A model generated the notes under the pieces. The model was not told the origin of the DNA. It worked only from the letters and a program-made list of their open reading frames with translations, and did not search any database. A DNA stretch of 63,392 nt, counting the filler, from Craspedostauros australis (Eukaryota): assembly GCA_030167865.1 (NCBI GenBank). It is 13 parts of 13 records of this genome, joined end to end, with 100 filler letters (N's around TTAATTAATTAA, not from the genome) between each part and the next. Parts side by side here need not be neighbours in the genome. Positions count along the whole stretch, not along the records: positions 1 to 9,995 come from JALAGF010004894.1; positions 10,096 to 15,893 come from JALAGF010004897.1; 11 more parts are not named here. One strand, 5' to 3'. The first letter of the stretch is position 1, and the number at the start of each line of letters is the position of its first letter. Position numbers and translations under genes: made by a program. Of this stretch, positions 1-12,132 are shown piece by piece.

Positions 1-87
1 CTGCTGCTGCTACTGCTGTTACGGTACCAAACCTTTCATACCTTTCATACCTTTCAATCGCTCCATCGACATTCCTCCGAACCACAG

Positions 88-1295
88 CACGTCTCTGGAA
101 CGATCGGAGCCTCGGACAACACCGTGGGAGTCGTCGGCGTGGCACCTGGAGCCAATGTCTTCACCGTCCGAGTTTTCAACGACCGTGGAGTCTTCAGCTC
201 GGACCTGATGAAGGCCGCGGCGGAGTGCCAAAACGCTGGTGCGGACATCATCAGCATGAGTCTCGGCGGAGGTGGTTCCAACAGTCGAGAACGTCAATTC
301 TTCGAGAAGCTGTACAGCGAAGGCGTTCTGTCTGTGGCGGCTGCCGGAAACTCTGGATCGCAAGGCAACTCGGTCAACTATCCAGCGGCGTACGACATCG
401 TCGTCAGCGTGGCAGCCGTGGACTCTTCCAAGCGACTGGCCAGCTTCTCAACTCGCAACAGCCGCGTCGATATCGCTGCACCAGGAGTCAACGTCCGCAG
501 CACATGGAATGATGGACGTTATGCCTCGATCAGCGGAACGAGCATGGTAAGTGCGGTACATGCTGCGAGTGATGATTGAAGATGACGAGACGAGACGAGA
601 CGAGACGACAACGACAACGACAATGATGATACTTGAACGCTCGTCTTTCGGCGTGATCTCACTCTCTTGCAAGCATTCAATCGCTGCTCTTTTGGTTCTA
701 CTAAATCGTCTCATGAACACAGGCATGCCCACACGTGAGTGGTGTGGCCGCATTGCTCAAGAGCTACAACAAGGATTTGACCACCCAGGAGCTCTTTGAA
801 GCCATGACGTCCACAGCGGAAGACCGTGGAGCCGCTGGCAAGGACAGTAGCTACGGAGAAGGCATCGTGGATGCGTTGGGCGCCATGAAAGTGGTAGCGG
901 ACAGCACCGACAACGGCAACGGTGGAGGTGATGGCGGCGGTGACGAAACCAGCGGAGACGAGGATAACGGCGGTGGCGATGTCGCCTGCAAGGAGATCCG
1001 CGTGGACATCCAATTGGATCGCTTCCCAGGTGACATCACCCATTCTGTGAGAAACCGTGCCACCGACGCAGTGCTTTGGCTTGAGGATAACTACAGCCAA
1101 TTCCAACGTGACACGCAAACCGTGTGCGTCGATCCCACCTTGTGCTGGCGTTACGAGATGGTGGACAGCTACGGCGATGGTTTGGAGGGCAACAGAGAGC
1201 TCGTGTTGACCTACGATGGAACCGTAGTGTACCGTGGCGGAAACTTCGGCACCGGAGGCGTCCGTGACTTTGGAGAAGGTTGTGGCAGCAACTAG
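88..1295 (+). CDS. Subtilisin-like (S8) serine protease, 3' part; exons 88-546 and 723-1295 (5' exons outside the window)
   Basis: HVSGTIGA follows acceptor CAG (85-87); SMSLGG, AAAGNSG and YPAAY are present. The catalytic Ser motif GTSM|ACPHVSGVAALL is restored by a GTAAGT...CAG intron at 547-722 with a branch-like CTACTAAA. A Gly/Asp linker precedes a C-terminal domain containing DSYGDG. Confidence 0.93.
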
Positions 1296-2470
1296 ATCCA
1301 TGATCGCAGCACGCAGGTCCAGCAAAGTGGTGGTTACAGAGCGCGAGCGCAGCAGATGAATCCAGCTCCTCTCCATTTCTGCCAACGCAATTGAACAACA
1401 ACAGGACAGCTGAGCACAGACGATGTCTCACCATACACGCTGGCTGGAACCGGTGTTAGAACCGACGGAAAGAATATACCACAGCTGACGACGCCATCCT
1501 TACCCGAAGCGATGAAGTTACGCAGAGCATCGACAGACAGAGACGCGATGATGAATGGGCGAAGGGGTAGGTTGCCATGGCGCGCAGTTGCTCAAGACAA
1601 AGAAAAGTATGACGCACCACAAGATAGCAGATATGGCAGAGTAGAGGAGAGGAGAGAAGAGTGCTCTCCATACTCGGCCGTTGCTGTAATGATTATAAGC
1701 AAGATCAATCATACAATATAATATTATACAACAGAAGAATGGTGGAACATGGCGGAAGTAGAGAAACTCGTGGAACAAATGAATCCAGTTTCACGAAAAG
1801 GGCTTGTGGCTGAAGGATCCGCGACACTCCTTGACACTCTTTGACACCAAGTTGACTGTGGCTGGTATCTTCCAAACGTGCGCCTCCTGATTGGGAAACT
1901 GGATCATCGAACAAACAGGAATGATGAGAATTCAGGAAGATGACAACGTGAGGGGAAGATGTGAGCGCGGTCATGGGCCGGCCGGGAGATGGGAGTCCTT
2001 CCGGGAAGCCATCGAATTGCACGCTCTGCTCGTCCTCTTCCCCGACGTATGAGCTTCGATGCGCTGGAGAAGACCACTGATCAGGAAATCACGGCGACAT
2101 GATACTCGAAAGTCGCTGTGTCTACGAAGGTTGCGCGATTGGAATATTGGAGAGTGAGGAAGTAAGTTCATGAATGCGCACGTACAATACTCTTGAACAC
2201 AAGGTGGGGATCGAACACTGCATTCGGGGGCCTGCGACAGTTGCTTAGTTAGAAATGTGCACAACTCCAACTTTATTTGAGTAGCTACAACGGCCTCCTG
2301 CAGCGGACTCTACCTACATTACTCCCGGTTAGGACACTACCTTCGTCCCAACTGTCTTTGATTCGGAACTGTGGTCGCACCATGCTCGTGGACCAACTTG
2401 CGCAAGGTCTTCGTATAATACTTCACAAGAAAGGATCGATTGGATACCAAAACTCCGTGTGCGTCCATGA

Positions 2471-3199
2471 TCAACGCCGGCTCATGGGAAATCGACTGTA
2501 CTGCGTGGGCACATGGATCATGCTCGTGCCCTGGTTCTGTTCGTGATAGCGGGTTCGATCCGTGGGCATCGACCACGCGCGCCTGCAGTATTCGTTGCAA
2601 CGGTGGCTGGAGAAGAAGGAGCTGATGCCCGTGCGACCAAGATCGGTGGGACCGTAGGCGCCCTGCGTTCTGGAGATGATGACGGGATCCGTGAGGACGA
2701 TGCCGTTGGAGTAGGATCCGCCCTGCAGATCGCAGAGCAGGCACTGACCACCGGTGATGTGGTAGGAGAAATGGGACAGCGCCTGCATTGCGCGTCCCCA
2801 GGCGATGCCGGTCTCGTTCCAGCCGCTGTTGGAGTTGAATTTCTCGTAGTTCTCGATGAACGGCTCCACAAGCAGCTTTGCGCCAGCTTCCTCACCGTCT
2901 TTCAACTCCCAAACTCCTGGAGTGTTGGCCATGACCATCTTGTCAATGAAGCTCTTTTCATTCCATTTCTCGATGATGTTGATGGCCTTGTCCACGGTCT
3001 TGATATCCGTGTCGAAGTAGTGCGCCTCATAGACACTGCCGGTCTTGAACTTCTTGGCAACGCACTCTTCTCCAGCGCGTGGGCCACTCGTGTAGTTGCC
3101 CTTGTAGACGTAGCGGAATGCACCCTCGTCGAATATCTGGTGCATGGATACTTTCGCATTGGCCGAGTTATTCTTTCGGGAGGTGTTTCCTGACGGCAT
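2471..3199 (-). CDS. Stand-alone alpha-kinase (eEF2K/MHCK family), 242 aa
   Basis: GAFRYVYKG, CVAKKF, LVEPFIENYEKFNSNSGW, QALSHFSY, LLCDLQG, LTDPVI, YGPTDLG and the C-terminal zinc motif HRCNEYC. ATG at 3199 follows a CA-rich leader. Confidence 0.92.
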   Translation of the reverse strand: MPSGNTSRKNNSANAKVSMHQIFDEGAFRYVYKGNYTSGPRAGEECVAKKFKTGSVYEAHYFDTDIKTVDKAINIIEKWNEKSFIDKMVMANTPGVWELKDGEEAGAKLLVEPFIENYEKFNSNSGWNETGIAWGRAMQALSHFSYHITGGQCLLCDLQGGSYSNGIVLTDPVIISRTQGAYGPTDLGRTGISSFFSSHRCNEYCRRAWSMPTDRTRYHEQNQGTSMIHVPTQYSRFPMSRR

Positions 3200-4081
3200 G
3201 GTTGTTGGTGCGTCCTGCTCTCTGTTTGTGTCTCTGTGTTTGTGTGTTTTGTCTGCGATTCTGAGATGATGAAATTGGAGACTTCCTGTGCGTGCGCCAT
3301 ACAATCACGTACGGATCGAAGCAGCCGCGTGGAGTGAGTGTTCTTGCTTCTGCTCCGATGAGATTGTGGGCATCAGCACGAGTGTCGATGTGCGTGATAC
3401 TTCACATGTTGGATCTTTTCTTCCCTTCGACTGTTGTTGTTTCGTGTTCAGATTTTGTGGAGAACTTCTCATTCTGAATTTCCGACTTGGTCGACCTAAG
3501 CATTTCAAGAGTACTGAGAATGTGTGCTGTACGGCATCCATGACTGCCACGCGTTTCTTGGGACACAGACACAACGATTCTGCAGAACACAATTGCCGTT
3601 GCTGGATGTTTGATACGGACAAATTTTGTTAAGCTGTTGTGGTCGTTCCGTGTCGTTACACCTTGCACTGCGCTAAAACTGCATGCAGGGATGGATCAAG
3701 GCAGTACTTGTGCGAGCGTGGCCATGCTGACATCGATGTGTTCTCATGTGTCGACATTGAAGTTTGGCTTGGGCAACAAGAAGAGGACGCCAAAGCCATT
3801 TCGGCACAGTCGCGTGCTGCACCTGTGAAAACCATCGAGCAAGATGATGCCGCGATGGTCCGCCGCTCTGTGAAGGAACTGCTGGTTGCGGCATCCGCAT
3901 CAGAAGTGAAGCAAACGCAACGCAACCATTCACCATCCGTTGTTGTCGCACAACACAAGGCAATACTTCTGCTCTGCGAGTACTACCTATAAAATGCCAT
4001 ACATACTGCAAAAGGTTGCATTCCATGACATGCACCATTATTTCATATTATAGAATATAATATTACATGCATTAGTTGACG

Positions 4082-6584
4082 ATGGCGTCACCAGCGCTGA
4101 AATCGTCGCGAAGCGCAAGCTTCGTACACAACCTCGAGACGGCCATAATGGAGCTGACGCAGGACGATGGCGATGAAACCCTGCATTCCGCCCATGCTCA
4201 GACCGTTGCCGGCCACGATGGACTTGCCACCATCAGCGATGCACCGACGCATGACAGCAACAGCACGTCCCGTCTGGATTCGCGAGATGTCGACGAGGCC
4301 GACGCAATGGCAGCCGCGTTGTCCGCATCCCTGTCGGCCGTGGAGGTTGATCTCGAGGACGGCTTGCTAGTGGAAGCACCGGCAGATATCGTTCGGCAGC
4401 AAACGGAGCTGCTGGAAGCCATCGAGGCGCGGCCGAGACACGACGGCAGCTCGGTCGCTGGCCAAGCTCTGCGACGGAAGTCCACGGATAGTCTCATCGA
4501 CATTCATGATCAGTGCGAGGATTTGGTCTCCAGCAAGGACAGTGGCGATGAGGAGGCAACGTCGCATGCATCTGCGGAGACGAAGCAGGCGTCCGCGAAG
4601 AAGAAACGGAAAAAGACTAAGACCAAATCAACATCAACAGCATCGTCAGCATCGTCAGCGTCACATGACGAGACTAATGGCATGAGCAATAATGACAAGA
4701 GCAAGAATAAAACCAAGGGCAAAGGCAAAAGTAAGAAGCGAACGGGCAAGGAGGAGAATAACCTGTCTTCGCCGCAAGCAGCATCCAAGGCTTCGCAGAA
4801 AGGTGCATCGGAAATGGAAACCCTGGTCTCTCATTTGGACAACATGGATCATTCTGGCCATGCGCCCAGCGGCGAAGACAAAGACAAAGACAAAGACACC
4901 AGCTTCAAACTGCAGTGCGCCGCGAACAGCGTGCGCAAGGGCTCGCCACGGCCAAGACACACGATCGCCGAGGTCTCAGCTTCCGCGCGACGTAAGAAGG
5001 AGCAGCAGAAGCCAAGAAGGGCCAAGTCGCAACGTCAAGCTCGGCCTAGGCAAAGCTCCGATGCCTCCACGGATCCTCTCCAAACGACTTCGCAGGACAA
5101 CGCGCAGAATGCGGTCGCACCCCGAGGCGCGCCGTCGCAGGTGGGGGCATTCCGGTTAGGACCGCGCACGTCGCAAGCCGAAGACGACAACAGCCAGCTT
5201 GACGAGGAGTTCGACAATCTCATCGACGACGAAGATACCATCTTGCCGCAACAAAATGTTTCGGATTCCATCGTTCAAGAACCAACTCCCACGTTGGATG
5301 CGGTTTCCACCAACGACTTGGTGCAAGCGATTCGGGACGAGATTCTGGGCGCGACAATCGTGCCAGTTGCGGTGCCCGCTTCTCAGGGCTCATCTGCGAG
5401 GCATGGCACTGCCCCCACAGACGATGCCCAAGTGGCTGACTCTGATGACGACGATGATATTGAGAATGTTCGCATCCGAACTGACAAGATGGAACAATCA
5501 ACCAATCGTGGGCGAGAGAGCGCGATCTTGAGTAACGATGTGTGGTTCAAGAGAGTCATCATGATAGTCCTGTTCATCATTGTGCTCATGCTTGTTGGTG
5601 TTGTCGTGGCGCTTGTCGCCGTCTTCGCTGATGGCGGTGGTGGTGGTGGCACCAACAATCCCAATGGTCCCCAAAGGACCGCTGTGCCGAAAGAAGTATC
5701 TCCAACAGCAGCACCAACATCATTCGCCGAGACTTATCTGACTGCTGAGCAGCAAGCGCTGCTTGATTCTCTGCGCAGTGCCGTGGATCCGCCGATGGAT
5801 TCCATTTTGACGATCGATTCACCGCAGTTCCGGGCCTTGGACTACCTCTGCCCAGCTTCGTCTCCACCATCCCCAACCGCCAACTCGAACGTATCCTTCT
5901 GCACGAACCACACGACGAGCCCATCCGTCGTCAGCCAGGCCTACGCGTTGTTGACGTTCTACTTCGGGGCCGTCAACGCCACACAACCGACCTCCTTGCT
6001 GTCCGATCCCATCTGTACATGGCCGGGCGTCGCGTCATGCTCCGAATCGCACGATCCCACCGTCACCGCTTTTGATTATTCCAATTCCAATCTGATTGGC
6101 ACCATCCCCGACGAGATGGCATTGCTGGAACACCTTGAGGTATTCAACGTATCTTCGAATCGCCTCAGCGGGACCCTGCCTGGCCGCTTCGGCAGTGATT
6201 GGGTCAATATGAGTAAGTCCCATGCGGTAGGAGGACAATCCGCACTCGACTCTGCTCTATTCAAACCACGATGCATCGACTCACTCACAATGCCGTGCCA
6301 TGCCATCCGTTTTCTAAACTTCCACCACAGCCATCTTTGATGTGTCGGACAACGATCTCACGGGCATTGTTCCGTCGCAGTTCAGCGATTGGGCCCATGT
6401 CGATGCCATTCACTTGCACAACAACGCGTTGACGGGTTACGTCCCGCCCCCCGTGTGCGTGCACCGCGACAACATGGGATTCGATTTGAGCGCGGATTGT
6501 GCAAACGATGGCGGAACGATTTCGTGTCCATGTTGCAGTGTCTGTTGCGGGACCAATGTAGGGTGCGCCCCGCATCTAGTGTAG
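4082..6584 (+). CDS. Single-pass membrane protein with disordered N-terminus and short C-terminal LRR domain; exons 4082-6212 and 6331-6584
   Basis: TM helix VIMIVLFIIVLMLVGVVVALVAVF; LRR cap SPQFRALDYL...ICTWPGVASC; plant-type LRRs (NLIGTIP, NRLSGTLP, NDLTGIVP, NALTGYVP). A GTAAGT...CAG intron at 6213-6330 joins the two ORFs in frame. Ends in ADC...CPCCSVCC, typical of diatom LRR proteins. Confidence 0.88.
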
Positions 6585-6888
6585 AGTACCGTACAATATA
6601 ATAGATGAGTGGCGCACTTGGCAAGTATTATGCATATTAATAGTATACTGCATAGCAACAACCCATCGTCCTCCACCACAAGTGAATGAACAGCAGAGAG
6701 GAAACAACTTGCCCAATGGCCTGGCGACAGTTCATCGCCACAACAAACATAAACGTGAGGAAGGGCGTCCACAAAAAATGAAGTGTCTACATTAATGTTT
6801 CTTCCATCCTGACAACGAGTAGGATGGAGAAGTGCAAGGGTAGTATCATACCATACGATACCTTTCTATCGCCGTTGATGATGCCCAT

Positions 6889-8865
6889 CTACGTGCACGC
6901 AAGGCAAGTGCTGCCACTGGGGATGTTGAGAGTGGCCGTCAATGGGTAGCACACATTTGTCGCAGGACCATTTGGAGGGGGAACTGGCATCCCAAGTTCG
7001 CCGAAGTGGCACTGGTTGCAACCCTCGCCTTGGGCTGTCGGAATTTGAGTGCACACGCCGTCGCCAAGGGTGATGTCGGCGTTGAAGTAGTATCCGTATC
7101 CCATGTAATGGCACGAGAACGATGTGGTGCAGGTCCCCGCTCCGATTCTGGTGTTGCCCTCGAACTGGTTGTAGTAAGTGTACGTGATAGCAGTACCCAT
7201 CGCGTTGTACATCGTGTAGGTGTAGTGCGAATTGACGTAGGAGCACGAACGGGTGTTTGCGCAGGAGCCCCTGCCGATGTTGACAAACGAATTTCGCTTG
7301 TTGTCCGTGCCCATGTTGCCTCTCATCGGGTTGGCAGTGAGGTAATCGGCAGTTCCGGCTCCCAGTGCCGCGCACGAACTCGTTCCGATGCAAGAAAATG
7401 GTTGGACGATGCTGTATCCGTTGGCCTGTGCTCCGACGGAGTAGCATGAGGTGTCGCCCAGGCAGGAGAATGGGCCGATGATGCCAGTCCTCTCACTACC
7501 GGAGTTGAAGTTGAAGAAGGAACAGGCTCTGTTCTGGTCGGGGTTTTGGCAGCTCGACTGGAACACGATCGTTTGCGGTTCGAGGCTGTTGCAGGAGTTC
7601 ATTCCGATGCAGCTATTGGCGCTGATGCTGGCCACGCCGACCCAGCTGCAGTCGGCGGCACCTCCGGGGCAGCAGGTGTTGCCAGACTGTTGGCAAAAAG
7701 CGATGGCATCTGTGGCAGTACCCGTGAAGACTTCTCCAGTCGCGCTGGCGGCCTCCTGGAACTGGGCGAGGACTCCAGAGTTGTCCTTGATTCTGTCGAA
7801 GAGCGCGACTCCTTCAGTAATGCTGTCCTGGTTGGCAAAAATGCTGAGAAGATCGTTCTCGTTCTCGATGGCGGCGAGTAGGTTCTGGCCGTTGGTGTCT
7901 GATGGCGTTCCCAACTCCGCCAAGAACTGAACAATATTCGGCGCCAGGCCGCTGGTTGGTGCCGAAGTGGGTGCTGATGTAGGTGCCGAAGTGGGTGCTG
8001 ATGTAGGCGCCGACGTAGGGGCAGACGTAGGTGCGCTGGTCGGTGCCGACGTAGGGGCAGAAGTGGGAGCGCTCGTCGGCGCCGAAGTAGGGGCAGACGT
8101 TGGTGCGCTGGTCGGTGCCGCCGTGGGTGAGGTGGGTGCTGACGTTGGCTGCGAAGTCGGTGGGATGGTCCCGGATCGTGTCGGGCCCGCAGTTGGTGCC
8201 GCTGTTGGTGCGGTTGGGGACAATGACGGTGCGCTGGTCGGCGCTGATGTCGGGGTGCTTGTCGGAGCCGATGTCGGGGCGCTGGTTGGAGCCGATGTCG
8301 GTGCGCTGGTCGGTGCTGATGTTGGGGCGCTTGTCGGAGCCGATGTCGGTGCGCTTGTCGGCGCTGATGTCGGTGCGCTGGTCGGCGCTGATGTCGGAGC
8401 GCTTGTCGGAGCCGATGTCGGCATCCTGGTTGGAGCCGAGGTCGGTGCGCTTGTCGGTGTCCTGGTCGGTGTGCTGGTCGGGATGCTGGTCGGTGCCATG
8501 GTGACGTCTCCGTTCTTGGCGCCCTTGTTCATCTTCATGCCGTCCTTGTTCATCTTACCGTCATTACTGTCGCTGGTCATCATGGTGGGTCCTTCCGTGG
8601 TCTTGGCCTTCTTGTCCATCCCCCCGCCCGCACCAGCAGAGCTGTCCATGTCCTCCTTGGTGCGACGGAGCCTCCTGGTGAGTCCGGTGATCTTCTCGAC
8701 CGTCTTCTCCGCGTCGTCTCCGTAGTAAGTCCACGCGAGCTTGTTAGCTCCGACCTTGGCATCGTCTCTGGAGGGTGCATGCATGCCGGCAAGGAGCTTC
8801 TCATCTTCGACGGCGGAGGCGGCAGCGATGTGCGCCAAAACGAGCGAGCTGATGCGATACTTCAT
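6889..8865 (-). CDS. Secreted mucin-like PTSA-repeat protein with Cys-rich C-terminal repeats, 658 aa
   Basis: Signal peptide MKYRISSLVLAHIAAASA, RRLRR site, K/M/G-rich segment, two blocks of (PTSA)n 12-bp repeats (~7950-8500), then repeated I-x3-SC-x4-SC units. The ORF is uninterrupted. Confidence 0.88.
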   Translation of the reverse strand: MKYRISSLVLAHIAAASAVEDEKLLAGMHAPSRDDAKVGANKLAWTYYGDDAEKTVEKITGLTRRLRRTKEDMDSSAGAGGGMDKKAKTTEGPTMMTSDSNDGKMNKDGMKMNKGAKNGDVTMAPTSIPTSTPTRTPTSAPTSAPTRMPTSAPTSAPTSAPTSAPTSAPTSAPTSAPTSAPTSAPTSAPTSAPTSAPTSAPTSTPTSAPTSAPSLSPTAPTAAPTAGPTRSGTIPPTSQPTSAPTSPTAAPTSAPTSAPTSAPTSAPTSAPTSAPTSAPTSAPTSAPTSAPTSAPTSAPTSAPTSGLAPNIVQFLAELGTPSDTNGQNLLAAIENENDLLSIFANQDSITEGVALFDRIKDNSGVLAQFQEAASATGEVFTGTATDAIAFCQQSGNTCCPGGAADCSWVGVASISANSCIGMNSCNSLEPQTIVFQSSCQNPDQNRACSFFNFNSGSERTGIIGPFSCLGDTSCYSVGAQANGYSIVQPFSCIGTSSCAALGAGTADYLTANPMRGNMGTDNKRNSFVNIGRGSCANTRSCSYVNSHYTYTMYNAMGTAITYTYYNQFEGNTRIGAGTCTTSFSCHYMGYGYYFNADITLGDGVCTQIPTAQGEGCNQCHFGELGMPVPPPNGPATNVCYPLTATLNIPSGSTCLACT

Positions 8866-9995
8866 GGTTGATGTGTGTGCGTGGTATCTGAGTTGAGTAT
8901 TGATGGATTAACGTGGAGGGAGGACAGGGGGCTGATATTAGATATTGAAGCGTCTGCATTGTGGCGAGGTGCACGGTGCCATGCGTGTCGCACGAGTGAG
9001 TAGACCGAAGACGCCAGTAGACAAAGGTATAGCGGCGGAATGGCAGGAAAAGATGTGGAAAAGAAGAGAAATGTGAGACGAAATGCCAAGTTTGCTCCGG
9101 CGTTCTCCACTGGATTGGCATTGCGGGAGATCACGCATCGCGGATGTATCACAGATGCATCGCACATCATCCATCGCTCTGGATCTCGTCTCGCGATGAG
9201 TGAAGGAGCTGCCGTGAACGGCTTGCACACAAAAAACGCAGTGGACCAGCGGAGGTGAGGACCGCTTGGGGAATGACTATTCCCAAGTCATCCTGGCACC
9301 ACCCTCTGCATGTTTTTCGCGTTGCGCCGTCCTGCGCCCGGTCTTCGCGTTCTGTTTGATGAAGATACAAGACGACACATGGAATGGACCACGTGCTTGG
9401 CGTTGCTCTCGATCGGATCCATGCCGAAGGCCCATGGGCCCTTTGGTTTGTTGTATTGCCTGCGGTCCATGATCGCATCACTGGCACAGCTCCAGTGCAC
9501 AAGCCGCATCATAGAATTCGCCGCATCCAATCACATGAAAACAACCTTCCGACATACAGTATCATCGTGTATGCATAGTGCTGTGCAAGTGCGTGTGTGG
9601 CGGCTATGCCTGGCGCAGCGCGGTGTGACTCACCGTGATGTTCGTGCTGCTTGCTGTCGCGGGATGGGAGTGGTTGATTGCGTCTGCGTTTGAGCTGGAG
9701 TGGCCTTGAGATTTGTGAGAACGAAAATTGATGTTGGTATGGGACAACGGAGGCACGCAGAGAGTAGGTGCTTCCGCGGTGGTTGTGCTCTGTGGATGTG
9801 GTCGCCGAAGACTGATCGTTTTTGAATCATTCTCCGCTTTCAGCCAACGTTTTCGTTTGCGTCATCATCTGTGCGTCTCGTGTGGCCGCGTGCTACATCG
9901 CAAACAACACCGCTCTGAACACCATCATGGCACCGTCGTGCCGTCGAAGCGCGCTGCAGTGCAGACCAGGGCCTGTTGTGCACAACAACAACACC

Positions 9996-10095
9996 NNNNN
10001 NNNNNNNNNNNNNNNNNNNNNNNNNNNNNNNNNNNNNNNTTAATTAATTAANNNNNNNNNNNNNNNNNNNNNNNNNNNNNNNNNNNNNNNNNNNN
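9996..10095. other. Artificial contig linker N44-TTAATTAATTAA-N44 (one of 12)
   Basis: The same 12-mer, giving stops in all six frames, lies inside N runs at 10040, 15938, 18627, 22373, 29532, 37851, 43277, 49051, 53010, 56897, 59755 and 61808. Confidence 0.98.
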
Positions 10096-10311
10096 CTTGT
10101 CCCGCCCAACGATTCCAGCGCGGTCGAAGTTGAAGGCATAACCATGTTGATGGGCATCGGAGAGTCCGCTGTCGGTGAGGGAGTCTGTGTCTGACATGTT
10201 GGTCGATGGATCGTCGAGACTCTTCGTGCTGCTCGTCCTGTTCTTGTGCAGCATGTTGGACCGGGGTGTGTCCATCGGGGGCACTGTTGTCATCGTTGGG
10301 GTTGACATCAT
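10096..10311 (-). CDS. 5' end of a probable gene truncated by the gap; possibly the lead-in to an AAA/STAND-type ATPase
   Basis: ATG ATG start, S/T/D-rich N-terminus, ends AGIVGRDK, which resembles the hhGRE motif that precedes such P-loop domains. The P-loop itself is not visible. Confidence 0.35.
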
Positions 10312-10700
10312 GAGTATTGAAATTGCAGATTAGGCTTGCTGAGGTCCACTTTGCGGTGCCAGTTCCGGTTTCAGTTGGTGGTCTTTGTGTCTGCCTCTTC
10401 GCGATGTTGTGGACGTACGACTATCCTCGATCTCGTCACGAGTCTGCGCAGCGTTGTCTGAAGTCGTTGCACAAGACAATGACGGGCAATTGGAGGTTTT
10501 GAATCTCGTTGGGACTTATTTCTTTCTCCACTCTCACGTGAAGCGCATTACGCTTCCGCAACCAGACACGCACAATCCTCCTAAAAAGTCCGTCACAACT
10601 GACAAGATCCATCACGAATCATCAATCAAGGAGGCTTTTCCATCAGAGCGTTTGACCCGATCGACTCAACAGGTTAGATGCACGACCCACGTGTGGTACT

Positions 10701-10810
10701 TGCCAGGAATCGGGTGTTTTGAAATACTGGGTTGCCGCACCTCCCAATAGTGCTTGAGATCGAGAGTCATAAAACCAGAAATTACCGCACCTCTCAATCT
10801 GTCCCTTTGT
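10701..10810 (-). mobile_element. Terminus of an LTR related to family B
   Basis: TGCCAGGAATCGGGTG...TTGCCGCACCTCCCAA is the reverse complement of the LTR end at ~49487-49533 and resembles the ends at 13990 and 25341. The inner boundary is not resolved. Confidence 0.6.
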
Positions 10811-11341
10811 GAGACTTTGAAATGTGAGCCGCACTGCACCGTCCGGTACTCTTGTTAGTCGTGGATAAATACGAAGGAAAGACAGCCCATAGAACCCAAT
10901 GACGTTTCCAATCGAGTCCCGCGTAACCCAACTTCGTGCTGAAGCAATAGTTTGAATCTGTATAGACGTTATATTAGCGTTACGCATGTCGGTCTGTTTC
11001 TCTGTCATTGAGCACGGCTGGCGTGTTTCAGGTTGATTCAGAATCTGGCTCCGATTCAGAACGCATTCAGACTTTCAGAACGGATTCAGAACCGAGTCAG
11101 AACTTCAGAACTTCAGAATTTTTCCATTCTGATTCTGAATCGAGAGTGTCTCTCCGAGTGATCTCTGTGGGGGCTTCGTCGCAGACACGCGCACAAGTTT
11201 CTGTCTGTCTGTTGGCTTGTCCGGGCGTATCATGTCCAATCGCATTGTTCGCCCATGGAGACACACAAGTGCTCTACTGAACGTGAACATGAACACAGAG
11301 AGAGTAACAGCCAAAATACTGGGTGCAACATTCACAACATG

Positions 11342-12132
11342 TGTTGGCAAGTTCCGTGATTGGAAGCCTACGATCGTGGAAGATGGTATTGGTTGATAGT
11401 CGTTCGTTTGCTATTTCATTACGTTGGCACTCCGATCCTCTCGGTGTCCGTTCGTTCTCTTGCCCGATGCTCTCGGTGCTTCAATCTGTTTCGTAGATTC
11501 GATCGTCCGACTATGAGTCGGTACGCAAGATGCTCTCTCGCCACTCTTCGTATTCTTTCTCTCTCTCTCAATATCGTGTGCTCGTGCTACACGATACTCC
11601 GTGTTCGATGCGTACTCCGCATTCGACACTTTGTTCGTTCCTACTGGTTCCTACTCTATGAGTACTTACCATTTGAAGTTCACCTTCAGTATCCATGATC
11701 TTCATGGGTCATCGTATCTTCGCCTCCTGCTCTGACTTGGAGACNNNNNNNNNNNNNNNNNNNNNNNNNNNNNNNNNNNNNNNNNNNNNNNNNNNNNNNN
11801 NNNNNNNNNNNNNNNNNNNNNNNNNNNNNNNNNNNNNNNNNNNNNNNNNNNNNNCATCTGAGGTTTAGTTGGGAAGTACCTCGAGATTCTCTTGGTACCA
11901 TTGATGCATGGACGGACGATCTTCTGATTCTCTCAGAAATTGTTATTTGCAAATTTCCTCCAGAAATCTTGCCCCTTTTCGTGTGTTCCATTTCCCCTGT
12001 AATTCTGACGAATCACAGTATACTATCGACACGAGTATAGTTATACCGTCCAAGTGCGTATGAGAGAATAGCGGGTGAACTATGCACATATACACGTACA
12101 TCTCGACATATACTCACATGTACATCTCGACG
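11342..12132 (-). mobile_element. LTR family A (TGTCGAGATG...CTTGCCAACA), near full length with an internal gap
   Basis: 11342 onward is the reverse complement of ~29700-30127. The right end matches 53066-53146 and the reverse complement of 43153-43232. No TSD is recognisable. Confidence 0.8.

Noticed and set aside
3639..3992. Upstream exon of the LRR gene
   Set aside because: No convincing splice donor and no recognisable motif.
7967..8725. (VGAD/VGAL)n 252-aa ORF on the + strand
   Set aside because: Antisense shadow of the PTSA repeats; the - strand frame has the signal peptide and Cys-rich domain.
10040..10051. TTAATTAATTAA as a biological motif, and ORFs ending in ...XXXLIN
   Set aside because: It is always embedded in N44 runs, so it is an assembly linker. 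ORF ends and neighbourhoods across it are artefacts.
11030..11140. Heat-shock elements in the TTCAGAA cluster
   Set aside because: GAA/TTC spacing is mostly 1 nt rather than the canonical 2 nt; more likely subterminal repeats of a transposon.
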